Shown piece after piece: positions 8,461 through 17,439 of a DNA stretch of 50,353 nt. Source of the stretch: Patescibacteria group bacterium. GTDB taxonomy: Bacteria; Patescibacteriota; Microgenomatia; JAADGY01. Both the position numbers and the translations under genes were made by a program. Location: positions 1 through 50,353 of the forward strand of contig JAJRVN010000026.1 in the NCBI GenBank assembly GCA_024277325.1. Direction: 5' to 3'. The notes under the pieces were generated by a model. The model saw only the letters and a list, made by a program, of their open reading frames with translations. It was not told the DNA's origin and did no database searches. Within the stretch, counting starts at the first letter, position 1, and each line of letters begins with the position of its first letter.

Positions 8461-10010
8461 GGTTAACCAACAAACGTATAACCAAACTAGGATCAAGCCT
8501 AAAGCCGATGTTGAGCCAGATGAAGCCCGGCCGGCGATTTAGCGGAGCTTTATTGGTGGCCAGCATTATTTTGATTAATTTATTGGTTGCTAGATTTGGT
8601 TTGGTCAGTTTCGACTTGACTAAAGACCAGCGTTACAGCTTATCACCGCCGGCTAAAGAAATTCTTAGCCAGCTGCCGGATCAAGTTACAGTTAAGGTTT
8701 ACATATCCTCAAACATTCCGGCCAAGTTTAATCCGGTCAAAAATTATGTTCTCACCACGCTTTTGAATATGCAAAGACAGTCCCGCCAGCGATTGAGGGT
8801 TGAGGTTTATGACCCTGATAAAGACCCGGATAAAGCTCAAGAAGCTAGAGATTATCAATTGCCACAAGCTGATTTTTCGGTGATAGAAAAAGACCAATTC
8901 CAGGTCAAACGGGGTTATTTTGGCTTGGTTATTCTATTTACCGACAGGAGTGAGACGATCCCTTTTTTCGGTCAGATCGATTCATTTGAATATGAGTTTA
9001 TCCGTCGTTTGTTAAAGTTGACAGCTTCAACCGAACCTAAGCTGTATCTTTCTACCGGTAGCGGTGAAGATTGGCAGTCGGCCAATACCTTTTATCAAGA
9101 GCTTGGTAAGAGCTATAATCTGGTTAGGTTGGATTTGGCAACTGATAATTTAACCGAAGTGGTTGATAACAAAACTCAGGCGATTCTGGTTTATAACCCT
9201 CAGAATAAAATCGACGATAAAGTCGTTAGTCAATTGAAGGCTTGGTGGCAGACCGGCGGCAAAAACGTGATCCTTTTCTTGGATGGCATGACGATGGATG
9301 ACAAATTCCAGCCGAGGTTTAATTTTGATAAATATAGCAAGTTATTGTCCCTTTTTAATTTGAAGATGAAGCCCCAATTGGTTCTAAGCCGACAAGGTGA
9401 GGTCATACCGATGCAGGCTAACAATCTACCTTTCCCGGTGTTTCGTTATTACGGTTTTTGGTTGAAAGCAACCATAAAAGATGTCAACCAAGATCTGGCT
9501 TGGTATAAAGATTTGGTTGGAACGGTTTGGCCATGGACGGCGGCCTTAACTTATCCTATTGATAACAAAGATTATCGGTCCATTATTGAGTTTAAAGGTG
9601 TCAACTTGATAGATTGTCCCTGCAGCCTTCAGCCAGAGGCGGTTGGCTTTGATCCAAAGCAAGCCAAAACAGTGACAACCGGCTTGATTTATTTGCCAGA
9701 GACAGACAAAGAAGGTAAATTTATCGCAGTTGCTGATGCTGATTTTGTCAGCGACAATATGCTTAACCGTTATCCTCAGAACCTGAAAGCCGCCCTTGAC
9801 AGTGTTGATCAGCTAGCTTTTGATGAGCGTTTGGCTAGATTAAGATCTCGAATCGTCAAGGATCGAAGCCTGAAACCAATAAACCAAGCCCAAAAACAAC
9901 GGTTTAAGCTAGCCTTTTTACTATCGCCGGTAGGTATGATAATAGCCTTGGCCGGCCTTAGTATCTTAGCAACCAAGTTATTTAAAAAAAGATTACAGAT
10001 TTTTAGCTAA
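8457..10010 (+). CDS. GldG-like ABC-transporter auxiliary protein
   Basis: N- and C-terminal TM anchors flank a large extracytoplasmic domain. DADFVSDN motif near the C-terminus. Its position after the ABC-2 ATPase and permease is typical of GldG. Confidence 0.65.
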   Translation: MRLTNKRITKLGSSLKPMLSQMKPGRRFSGALLVASIILINLLVARFGLVSFDLTKDQRYSLSPPAKEILSQLPDQVTVKVYISSNIPAKFNPVKNYVLTTLLNMQRQSRQRLRVEVYDPDKDPDKAQEARDYQLPQADFSVIEKDQFQVKRGYFGLVILFTDRSETIPFFGQIDSFEYEFIRRLLKLTASTEPKLYLSTGSGEDWQSANTFYQELGKSYNLVRLDLATDNLTEVVDNKTQAILVYNPQNKIDDKVVSQLKAWWQTGGKNVILFLDGMTMDDKFQPRFNFDKYSKLLSLFNLKMKPQLVLSRQGEVIPMQANNLPFPVFRYYGFWLKATIKDVNQDLAWYKDLVGTVWPWTAALTYPIDNKDYRSIIEFKGVNLIDCPCSLQPEAVGFDPKQAKTVTTGLIYLPETDKEGKFIAVADADFVSDNMLNRYPQNLKAALDSVDQLAFDERLARLRSRIVKDRSLKPINQAQKQRFKLAFLLSPVGMIIALAGLSILATKLFKKRLQIFS

Positions 10011-10012
10011 TT

Positions 10013-10939
10013 ATGAAAAAAAGTAATTTGTTTTTGGTGTTATTTTTAGCGTTTTTGGCTTTTTTAGCCTGGTATCTGCCCAAGCATTTTAATAGTTTTG
10101 TTTTTCACCAAGAAGGTAATTTAATAGAAAATCCGCTAGTCGGAATAAAAGCATCCCAGATTACCAAGATTGTTATTAAGAAAGTCAAAGATCAAAGCTT
10201 TGCTCTTGAACAAAATAATGGTCAGTGGTGGCTGGAGTTAGAAGGCAAAAAACAACCGGCCAATTCAAAGCTGGTTCAAAATATGATTCAAGCCTATGCT
10301 CAACCCCAAAAACTAACCATCGTTTCCACCAATAAAGATTATCGGTCCAGATTTGATTTGACCGGACAGAACAGTCAGGAAATTATCTTTTTCACCCCGA
10401 AAGAAATTAAGGTGGCACTTGGGAAGATAAGCCAAGATTACCAATCTACCTATGTCGCTTTTAGCCAGGATGGCCCAGTGGTTTTGTTTCCGGCTGATCG
10501 CTTGAGGTTGTTGCCGTCGGATTGTCGCCTTTACAACCCTTATTATGACTTAGACTTGAACTTGGACCAGTTGACAAAGATCGAGATTAATCAAAACAAC
10601 AAGACTTTATTGATTGAAAAGAACAAAGATGAATGGTTGTATAATAACCAGAAACTAGACAAGGCAAAACTTGACACTTGGTTAACTAATTTAACCAACC
10701 AAAAGGGCCAAGCCGGCCAGATTAAAGATAATTCTTGGCTTGACAAGCCGGTGGTGGTGATGCGATTTGTTAAGACTGATAAACAGGAAGCCAAGATCGA
10801 GGTGGTGGGCACAAATAAGCAGCTTGGCTTGCAGCGGACCAAGGTTTGGTCCGGATACGTTTGGCCGTTACATGAATCCCAAACCAAGGTGTACAAACCC
10901 GATCCAAATGAATGGCTGGCCGAGTCTAAAAATGATTGA
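10013..10939 (+). CDS. DUF4340-like membrane-anchored protein
   Basis: N-terminal TM helix followed by repeated beta-rich modules. The assignment rests mainly on synteny: it is the last gene of a GldAFG-type operon. Confidence 0.5.
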   Translation: MKKSNLFLVLFLAFLAFLAWYLPKHFNSFVFHQEGNLIENPLVGIKASQITKIVIKKVKDQSFALEQNNGQWWLELEGKKQPANSKLVQNMIQAYAQPQKLTIVSTNKDYRSRFDLTGQNSQEIIFFTPKEIKVALGKISQDYQSTYVAFSQDGPVVLFPADRLRLLPSDCRLYNPYYDLDLNLDQLTKIEINQNNKTLLIEKNKDEWLYNNQKLDKAKLDTWLTNLTNQKGQAGQIKDNSWLDKPVVVMRFVKTDKQEAKIEVVGTNKQLGLQRTKVWSGYVWPLHESQTKVYKPDPNEWLAESKND

Positions 10940-10964
10940 CTTTTAGCAGTTATTATGCTAGACT
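10936..10964 (+). promoter_or_regulatory. putative lon promoter (TTGACT, 17 nt, TAGACT), 8 nt before the ATG
   Basis: -35 TTGACT at 10936-10941 and -10 TAGACT at 10959-10964. There is no Shine-Dalgarno sequence before the ATG at 10973. Confidence 0.5.
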
Positions 10965-10969
10965 GCTAA
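10943..10969. promoter_or_regulatory. CIRCE-like inverted repeat (variant HrcA operator) overlapping the lon promoter
   Basis: TTAGCAGTT-N9-GACTGCTAA against consensus TTAGCACTC-N9-GAGTGCTAA: 15 of 18 positions match, with correct 9-nt spacing. The arms TTAGCAGT/ACTGCTAA form a perfect palindrome. Confidence 0.5.
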
Positions 10970-10972
10970 CGT

Positions 10973-13369
10973 ATGAAGAGTTTAGATAAAATGCCGTTTT
11001 CAAATAAGGAATTGATCATTCCTTTGGCTCCGATACGAGAAGGAATGCTTTTTCCCCACAACGATGTGGTCTATAGCTTTGCCAGATCAAAGTCAGTCAT
11101 AGCGGTTGAGACAGCCTTTAACAACAGTCGTTTAATTTTTTTAACCGGCCAGGCCGATCCCAAAATTAACCACCCACAAATAAATGATATAAATCAGGTC
11201 GGCGTGATTGCCAGAGTAGAAAACATCATTAAAACCGACCGGGAAGTTAATGTCTTTGTTAAAGGTCTGCACCGGGCCAAGATTAGCAAGTGGCAAGCGG
11301 TTGAACCGTTTTTTTTGGTGAAAACCAAGATATTGGAAGAGGTCGTTAGCCAAGATGAAGAAACCTTGGCTTTAATGAAGTATTTGTTAAGCCAGTTTAA
11401 GGAAATTTTAAAGCTGGGTAAACAGATAGACGTCATGGTCTCGATGAGGCTTATGTCTACTACCGACCCATCTAATTTCGCCGATACCATAGCTTTCTTT
11501 TTGGATATTAACCACAAAGAAAGGCAAGAATTATTAGAAGAGTTGGATGTCAAAAAGAGATTAGTCAAACTGACCCGTTTTATAAGTCGGGAAATCCAGG
11601 TGGCTGAGATAGAAAAAAACATCGTGGTTAAAACTCAAGAAAAAATGAGCCAAAGCATGAAGGAGGCTATTTTGCGGGAGAGAAAACGAACCATAGAAAA
11701 GGAGTTGAGCAAGTTAGGCAAAGACGGCGCCGGCGCCGGCGACATTGATGAGCTTAAAAGAAAGATGAAAAAGGCCGGCATGCCGGAGAAAACCTATAAA
11801 AAATGCCTCAAAGAATTAAAGAGGCTTCAAGAAATGCCGCCGATGCATCCGGAGACTTCCTATATCAGGACTTATCTGGAGGTTATGTCTGAACTACCTT
11901 GGAACAAGGAAACCAAGGACCGTTTAAGCTTGGTTAAGGCCAAACAAATCCTGGATGAAGACCATTATGGCTTAAAAGAAATTAAGGAACGCATTTTAGA
12001 GCATTTGGCGGTAATGAAATTAAAGGCTAAAAATAGCAACGGTCAACTCGTAAAAGATGATAATTACAAACCGACGATTCTATGTTTTGTCGGCCCGCCG
12101 GGTGTAGGTAAAACTTCCGTTGGTCAATCAATCGCCCGATCTTTAAACCGCAAATTTGTTAGGGTTAGTTTGGGCGGAGTCCGTGATGAATCCGAGATTA
12201 GAGGCCACAGGCGAACTTACGTTGGTGCTATGCCGGGTCGGATTATCCAATCCATTCGCAACGCTGGCAGCCGCAACCCGGTAATTATGCTGGATGAGGT
12301 TGATAAAATCGGCAATGATTTTCGAGGTGATCCTTCAGCCGCTCTTTTGGAAGTGCTTGATCCGGAACAAAATAGAGAGTTTGTTGACCATTATCTAGAT
12401 GCTCCGTTTGACTTGTCCAAAGTCATGTTTATTTGTACCGCCAACGTCCTCCATTCGATACCCCATGCGTTAAGGGACAGGCTGGAAATTATTCGTTTTC
12501 CCGGCTATACCGAAGATGAAAAGTTAATCATCGCTAAGAAATACTTAGTTCCCAAGCAACTCAAAAATCACGGATTGACAAAAAAGGATATTAAGCTGAC
12601 TGATGCCATATTAAAGGAAGTGATTCATTTTTACACCAAAGAAGCCGGCGTTCGCGAACTGGAGAGGCAGATAGCCAAGATCATGCGCAAGATCGCCAGG
12701 CGCAAAGCCGAGAAGAAAAAGTATAAATCTGAGATAAGCTTGCGCAGTTTGCACCAGATTTTAGGGCCTCGGATTTATAGTGATACCGTCACTGAAGACC
12801 AAGATATGATCGGTATGGCCACTGGTTTGGCTTGGACATCGGTTGGTGGTGAAGTTTTATTTGTCGAAGTGACGATCATGCCCGGTAAAGGCAGTTTAAT
12901 TATTACCGGCCAATTAGGCGATGTGATGAAGGAATCATGCCGTGCCGCTTTATCTTATGTCCGCAGCCGTTGGCAGGTTTTAGGCTTGAAAAAGGATTTT
13001 TATCAAAAAATAGACATACATGTTCATGTTCCTGAAGGAGCAGTGCCCAAAGACGGCCCCTCGGCCGGAGTTACGATTGCTACCGCCATAGTTTCAGCCT
13101 TAACTCGGATTCCGGTTAAAAAGGAAGTTGGTATGACGGGCGAGATTACATTAAGGGGCAGGGTCTTAGAAATTGGAGGCATAAAGGAAAAGGTTATGGC
13201 AGCCCACCGAGTAGGCTTAAAAACCATTATTTTACCTAAAGAAAACCAAAAGAATTTGGTCAAGATTCAAAAACAGATAAGAGAGGATTTAAGCTTTAAG
13301 TTTGTAACGCATATGGATCAGGTGCTTAAAATTGCTTTAGCCAAGCCGATTAAGCTGCCCAGAGCTTAA
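10973..13369 (+). CDS. lon: ATP-dependent Lon protease
   Basis: LON N-domain, Walker [10 protein letters not shown], Walker B MLDEVDK, catalytic [10 protein letters not shown] serine and downstream GGIKEKV lysine; 798 aa. Confidence 0.95.
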   Translation: MKSLDKMPFSNKELIIPLAPIREGMLFPHNDVVYSFARSKSVIAVETAFNNSRLIFLTGQADPKINHPQINDINQVGVIARVENIIKTDREVNVFVKGLHRAKISKWQAVEPFFLVKTKILEEVVSQDEETLALMKYLLSQFKEILKLGKQIDVMVSMRLMSTTDPSNFADTIAFFLDINHKERQELLEELDVKKRLVKLTRFISREIQVAEIEKNIVVKTQEKMSQSMKEAILRERKRTIEKELSKLGKDGAGAGDIDELKRKMKKAGMPEKTYKKCLKELKRLQEMPPMHPETSYIRTYLEVMSELPWNKETKDRLSLVKAKQILDEDHYGLKEIKERILEHLAVMKLKAKNSNGQLVKDDNYKPTILCFVGPPGVGKTSVGQSIARSLNRKFVRVSLGGVRDESEIRGHRRTYVGAMPGRIIQSIRNAGSRNPVIMLDEVDKIGNDFRGDPSAALLEVLDPEQNREFVDHYLDAPFDLSKVMFICTANVLHSIPHALRDRLEIIRFPGYTEDEKLIIAKKYLVPKQLKNHGLTKKDIKLTDAILKEVIHFYTKEAGVRELERQIAKIMRKIARRKAEKKKYKSEISLRSLHQILGPRIYSDTVTEDQDMIGMATGLAWTSVGGEVLFVEVTIMPGKGSLIITGQLGDVMKESCRAALSYVRSRWQVLGLKKDFYQKIDIHVHVPEGAVPKDGPSAGVTIATAIVSALTRIPVKKEVGMTGEITLRGRVLEIGGIKEKVMAAHRVGLKTIILPKENQKNLVKIQKQIREDLSFKFVTHMDQVLKIALAKPIKLPRA

Positions 13370-13373
13370 TCGA

Positions 13374-14096
13374 TTAGAAGCTGGGAACAGCGATTAGAAT
13401 GAGCTGATTGGTATAGCTTCCCGCCGGTTGAACCCCAGAAACATTGACCTTTAAAGTCATTAAGCTTTGGCTGTTACTGGTTGGGCTTGTCGAAGACATG
13501 ATCACGGCTCCAGATTGGCCGGCTTCTAAACTGGCAAAGGGTCGATAATATGAAGAATCAACAAAATCGGTTGTATCAACATCGGTTCCGGACATATTGT
13601 AACCGAAGCCATAAGTTGAGGTGGATGACCAAACATTAGCGTCATTGATAGTGCAGGTAGTACCTGTGTCACAGCTGGTGTCGCTGATTTCATTGTTTTG
13701 GCTATCCCTTAAGGGATGGTTTTCTTTGGCTAAGACTTGGTAACCATAAGCCGACCCGTTGGAGATGGTTAAGTTAAAGCTGTCGGTTTTCGGAATCTGG
13801 GCGGTTAAGGTGCCAAAATCAATACTGGTTTTGGAGATTGAAAAAGAAAAAGGAACGATGGAGTGGATATATTGAAAACCGGCTTTGACGATGTAGTTGG
13901 AGCCGGTGTATTGGCCGGGAGCGATCTGGCCGGTGGTTTGGCCAAGGGAATATGAAGTCGAAGTGCCTTTGCCGGCAGAAGTGTTAAAGTTGCCCATTTG
14001 GATCTTGTATGAGCTTGATTCTAGGGTTAAAGCCCGCACCGGATAGGCTAAGCTGAAAAACAAACTGATTACAAGTATCCAAATACCAAACCGCAT
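13374..14096 (-). CDS. secreted beta-rich protein, function unknown
   Basis: Signal peptide (MRFGIWILVISLFFSLAYPVRA) followed by Ser/Thr/Gly-rich sequence. TATAAT lies 6 nt upstream of the ATG. Confidence 0.5.
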   Translation of the reverse strand: MRFGIWILVISLFFSLAYPVRALTLESSSYKIQMGNFNTSAGKGTSTSYSLGQTTGQIAPGQYTGSNYIVKAGFQYIHSIVPFSFSISKTSIDFGTLTAQIPKTDSFNLTISNGSAYGYQVLAKENHPLRDSQNNEISDTSCDTGTTCTINDANVWSSTSTYGFGYNMSGTDVDTTDFVDSSYYRPFASLEAGQSGAVIMSSTSPTSNSQSLMTLKVNVSGVQPAGSYTNQLILIAVPSF

Positions 14097-14379
14097 ACTT
14101 AGATTATAGCTAATCAGATGTTAACTTTATAGGCTGAATTTGTATCAAGGCTTAGAAGGTCTTAGTCTTTTGTTAGTTCATATAAGAAATTGCTTTTTGT
14201 TGTCCGATTGTGTCCTTAAAATTTAAAGATTTCGTTCTTTAAGGCTTTTGCCTTTTTTCTTTTTATCCTTTTCTTGATGGCGCCTCCCGGTGATACTTAA
14301 ACTTCCCTTTAGGGAGCTGCCCGCGGAGTGGCCAACTCATCGACTACCAAACGCAGTTCTGTTAAAATTTTCCTTTCGG

Positions 14380-14453
14380 TGACCCCGGCGGGATTCGAAC
14401 CCGCGATCTTCAGGATGAAAACCTGATGTCCTAGGCCGCTAGACGACGGGGCC
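14380..14453 (-). tRNA. tRNA-Glu (anticodon UUC)
   Basis: GGCCCCGTCGTCTAG start typical of tRNA-Glu. Anticodon stem TCAGG/CCTGA, loop TTTTCAT, T-arm GCGGG-TTCGAAT-CCCGC. The 3' trailer is CCG, so the CCA is incomplete. Confidence 0.9.
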
Positions 14454-14473
14454 AGGTCAATATTGACTTTTTA

Positions 14474-14479
14474 ATTATA
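14474..14479 (-). promoter_or_regulatory. -10 box (TATAAT) upstream of tRNA-Glu(UUC)
   Basis: TATAAT on the minus strand, 20 nt upstream of the mature 5' end. It is conserved in the second copy at 15511-15516. Confidence 0.5.
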
Positions 14480-14613
14480 CTAAACCAAACAAATATTGAG
14501 CCAACCTCATCCGCCGGCTGGCGAATTATTAGATTATTTCAAGATTAACGGTGCCAAAATGATTAGATAGTGTTAAAATTAACAGGATTATTTTTTATTT
14601 TTTAAACTTACGT

Positions 14614-15408
14614 ATGAAGATTTCTTTATTGCTGATACCGATCATAACAACCATTGTCGGCTTATTACTGTATCGGTTCCAAGATAAAAACAAGGAGATT
14701 TTTAAGTTGGATCTGATCCAATTTGTTTATTTGTTTGTTATCGCTCCTATATTTTTTGTTTGGGCTAAAACTTTTTTGTTTTTCTTACTTCGGCGAGAGT
14801 TGAGCTTCAACTTATCTGTAAACGATCTTTTTGTTATCGATACCATTTTTAGCGTTTTATCTTTTGTCATCATTTCGGTTATTGCCATTCATTCTTTAAC
14901 CAAAACTTTTCGTTTAAAACGGGATAGAGATCCGTCGTTTGACCTGTTTCATCTGTCTGAATATTTTCATTTATGGTGGAGCCATATCATCATTTGGGGA
15001 GGAGTGATAGTAGTGGAAACCTTCATGTCCTTTATTAACGTTTTGGTTCCTTTTAGCACCTCGCCTGTTTCAAAGATGCAGTTTTATCTAGTTTTGCTTC
15101 TTGGCTTAATTTGGGGAGTTTGCCTTTTCTTTACTATTTGGATGTCCGATGCTCAACAAAACAATTATATGAAGCTGATGAAGTTGTTTTTTGCTGCCGG
15201 TTTTGTTTTCCACGTCGTTGTTTATTTTGTTGTAGAGCCTCGGTTTAACTTAAACTACGGCGGTTACTGGTTTGTTTTTGCTTCATTTACATCGGCGGTT
15301 TTAGCCGGCGCTGTTTTTGAAAAATATGAAAAACCCCGCCGATTCAGAGATAAACTTCTTCATGTTAATTGGGGGAATAACATTAATTTGTTTGGCGACA
15401 AGAAATAG
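14614..15408 (+). CDS. polytopic membrane protein, function unknown
   Basis: 264 aa with about 7-8 hydrophobic helices and no recognisable motif. It is bracketed by the two opposite-strand tRNA-Glu genes. Confidence 0.5.
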   Translation: MKISLLLIPIITTIVGLLLYRFQDKNKEIFKLDLIQFVYLFVIAPIFFVWAKTFLFFLLRRELSFNLSVNDLFVIDTIFSVLSFVIISVIAIHSLTKTFRLKRDRDPSFDLFHLSEYFHLWWSHIIIWGGVIVVETFMSFINVLVPFSTSPVSKMQFYLVLLLGLIWGVCLFFTIWMSDAQQNNYMKLMKLFFAAGFVFHVVVYFVVEPRFNLNYGGYWFVFASFTSAVLAGAVFEKYEKPRRFRDKLLHVNWGNNINLFGDKK

Positions 15409-15414
15409 TTGACT

Positions 15415-15491
15415 TGGTGACCCCGGCGGGATTCGAACCCGCGATTTCCAGGATGAGAGCCTGGCGTCCTAGGCCACTAGACGACGGGGCC
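15415..15491 (-). tRNA. tRNA-Glu (anticodon CUC), CCA encoded
   Basis: Same scaffold as the UUC isoacceptor. Anticodon stem CCAGG/CCTGG, loop CTCTCAT. The 3' end reads A-CCA. Confidence 0.9.
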
Positions 15492-15532
15492 AAGTCATAT
15501 CAACTTTTTAATTATACCTAAACCAAACAAAT
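15416..15532 (-). repeat. copy 2 of the duplicated tRNA-Glu plus promoter module
   Basis: Aligns with 14378-14494 and includes the conserved TATAAT at 15511-15516. Confidence 0.8.
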
Positions 15533-15577
15533 TTTCATAAGCTGGGCCGGATTTTGGTGCTATTATTAATAATAGTT

Positions 15578-16135
15578 ATGACAAAAGGAGTGTTAACGCT
15601 TGTAGTTGGGCCGATGTTTGCCGGCAAAACTACTTATCTAATCAACCAAATTAAAAAACTAAAAACTGGTCGGGTTTTGGTAGTAAAGCCCAAGATTGAT
15701 ACTCGCTACTTTAAAAACAAGTTGGTTTCTCATGATAGGCAAACCAATGCAGCGGTTATAGTTGACCAAGCAGATCATCAAGCTTTGCTTAGTTTTTATA
15801 AAGATCAGCCTTTTGAACATTTAGTTATTGACGAGGTTAATTTTTGGCAACCTCAAATTATCTGGCCCCAATTTGCTTATTTATTAAGTCGCAAGGTTAA
15901 TGTTTGGGCGGCCGGGACGGAGTATGATTTTAGATTGGTTGACTTTGGCGCTACTAAATTTCTAGTTGGCAAAGCCGACAAAGTCATCCGCTTGTTCGCC
16001 GTGTGCGAAGGCTGTGGTGGCCAAGCTGATTTAAGCTATCGCAAATTTAGATCAAACAAACAGGTAATCGTCGGCGGTGGTGATTTGTACGGCGCCTGTT
16101 GCCGTAGCTGTTTTGCCAAATTAAGCCAGGTTTAA
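15578..16135 (+). CDS. tdk: thymidine kinase
   Basis: P-loop GPMFAGKTT, DEVNFW motif, C-terminal zinc ribbon (CEGCG ... CCRSC). ATG at 15578 is preferred over the listed TTG at 15554. Confidence 0.85.
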   Translation: MTKGVLTLVVGPMFAGKTTYLINQIKKLKTGRVLVVKPKIDTRYFKNKLVSHDRQTNAAVIVDQADHQALLSFYKDQPFEHLVIDEVNFWQPQIIWPQFAYLLSRKVNVWAAGTEYDFRLVDFGATKFLVGKADKVIRLFAVCEGCGGQADLSYRKFRSNKQVIVGGGDLYGACCRSCFAKLSQV

Positions 16136-16136
16136 G

Positions 16137-16970
16137 ATGCAATCATTCCGGCAGATAGAAACGGTTTTTAAGTACCATCATTTTTTTGGCCAGGCTTTGA
16201 CCTTAGATGAAGTTTATACTTGGCAGTATGGCAGTAATTATCCTAAGGATGAGATTAAAGAAAAACTTGGCCCATTGGTAGTGAAAGGAAGACTTAAAAA
16301 GGTGGCCGATTATTATTTTTTGCCCGATTTTGATTTTGATTTGAAAAAGCAAAATAATTGTCGCTACCAAGCTAGTCGTAAATTAAAACTAGCAGATAAA
16401 TCAATAAAGCAAGCTAAGTTGCCGAAAGAGGTTGTTTTTGTCGGAGTAACTGGCTCGGTCGCAGCTGGCTTTGCCTTAAGTCAAGATGATATTGATTTGG
16501 TAATTGTGGTTAAGGATCTTAGCCTTTGGTTGGCCCGGTTAAAATTTCACCTTTTCAACTTAAACCTGCCACGGCGCTTGCCCGGCCAAAATCAAAATTT
16601 TCAAGATCTAATCTGCCTGAACCTATGGCTTGAAGCCGGCCGGATCAAGTTTCCACCAAGCTTGTACACAGCTCATGAACTTTTAAACACTCAACCCATC
16701 TATGATCCTTATAACTTTCATTCAGTTTGGCTGAGTCAGAATAATTGGCTGAGTCAGTTTTTTCCGGTTAAGTATAAAATCAAACTTGAGTCAACTAAGC
16801 CAGCAAAGAGGTTTAAGCCTATCGGTTCGGCTTCGCTTATAGCCAACGGGCTGGCATATTTGGTTCAACGGTTGTATATGTTACCCAAACAAACCAAGGA
16901 ACAAGTTGGTTTTCGTCAAGCTTTTTTTCATAAGCGCGATTATAAAAAGCAATTGGACTTGTTGATTTAG
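16137..16970 (+). CDS. nucleotidyltransferase-fold (Pol-beta superfamily) domain protein, function unknown
   Basis: GVTGSVAAGFALSQDDIDLVIVV resembles the G-S ... D-x-D minimal NTase motif. The gene starts one base after the tdk stop. Confidence 0.45.
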   Translation: MQSFRQIETVFKYHHFFGQALTLDEVYTWQYGSNYPKDEIKEKLGPLVVKGRLKKVADYYFLPDFDFDLKKQNNCRYQASRKLKLADKSIKQAKLPKEVVFVGVTGSVAAGFALSQDDIDLVIVVKDLSLWLARLKFHLFNLNLPRRLPGQNQNFQDLICLNLWLEAGRIKFPPSLYTAHELLNTQPIYDPYNFHSVWLSQNNWLSQFFPVKYKIKLESTKPAKRFKPIGSASLIANGLAYLVQRLYMLPKQTKEQVGFRQAFFHKRDYKKQLDLLI

Positions 16971-16971
16971 C

Positions 16972-17439
16972 CTAAGCAGGAAGTTTCAAGCGGGGCTTTA
17001 GTTGTTTGAGTTTTAGGTTTTTAATTTGAGTGATAATGTTCTCGACTTGGAGTTTAAGTTGTTTTTGTTGGCTGGGGCTAAGCTTTTTAAGGACAAAATC
17101 AATAACTTTATCATAATCCCGCTTGTACTCTTGATTCAGCTGGTGCCAGTTGATGTCGGTAAGCCAGGCTGTAATCTTGGGATTAGACTTAATTATTTTA
17201 GTCTGAATTAAAAAGGCTATGGCCGGATAGCCTAAGTATCCTTGCCAATAGGAACCGTTATCATTGGCGGTGATGGCTTTAAGTTGGGGGTCGTATTTAA
17301 TCTTATATTTTTTGGCCCGGTTTGATGACATAACTTGGGCTTGATTTTTATCTGTCAATTTAAGTCGCTTGTCAGCCAAGCATGATAGGGCTTCGTAGAC
17401 TTTGATGACCGGCGGCAACTTCCATAATTTTTGATTCAT
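16972..17439 (-). CDS. hypothetical protein
   Basis: 155-aa ORF overlapping the gltX stop by 4 nt, probably co-transcribed with gltX. No motif recognised. Confidence 0.4.
   Translation of the reverse strand: MNQKLWKLPPVIKVYEALSCLADKRLKLTDKNQAQVMSSNRAKKYKIKYDPQLKAITANDNGSYWQGYLGYPAIAFLIQTKIIKSNPKITAWLTDINWHQLNQEYKRDYDKVIDFVLKKLSPSQQKQLKLQVENIITQIKNLKLKQLKPRLKLPA

Larger units (their letters stand above)
14378..14494 (-). repeat. copy 1 of a ~117-nt duplicated module (tRNA-Glu plus its upstream promoter region)
   Basis: Near-identical to 15416-15532. Differences cluster in the anticodon arm, the D-loop and a few flank positions. Confidence 0.8.

Noticed and set aside
14140-14262. Possible plus-strand small RNA (TTGTAT-N17-TAGTCT promoter-like sequence, ending at the AAGGC-TTTT-GCCTT hairpin plus T-run)
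   Set aside because: The promoter match is weak, the hairpin stem is only 5 bp, and nothing else supports it. It is too speculative to list as a feature.
14262-14379. The GC-rich hairpin as SRP (4.5S) RNA, a tRNA, or a tmRNA/RNase P fragment
   Set aside because: Neither strand shows the conserved SRP helix-8 features: there is no GNRA-type loop and no AGCA/GGAA-GCAGC motif in the right place. No cloverleaf with a T-loop can be drawn, and the element is too short for RNase P RNA or tmRNA. It is kept only as an unexplained structured element.
14380-15491. The tRNA-Glu-flanked segment as an integrated mobile element or genomic islet
   Set aside because: There is no integrase, transposase, excisionase or phage gene. 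The repeats are whole tRNA-plus-promoter modules rather than a partial tRNA 3' end (att-like) duplication. Only one small gene lies between them.
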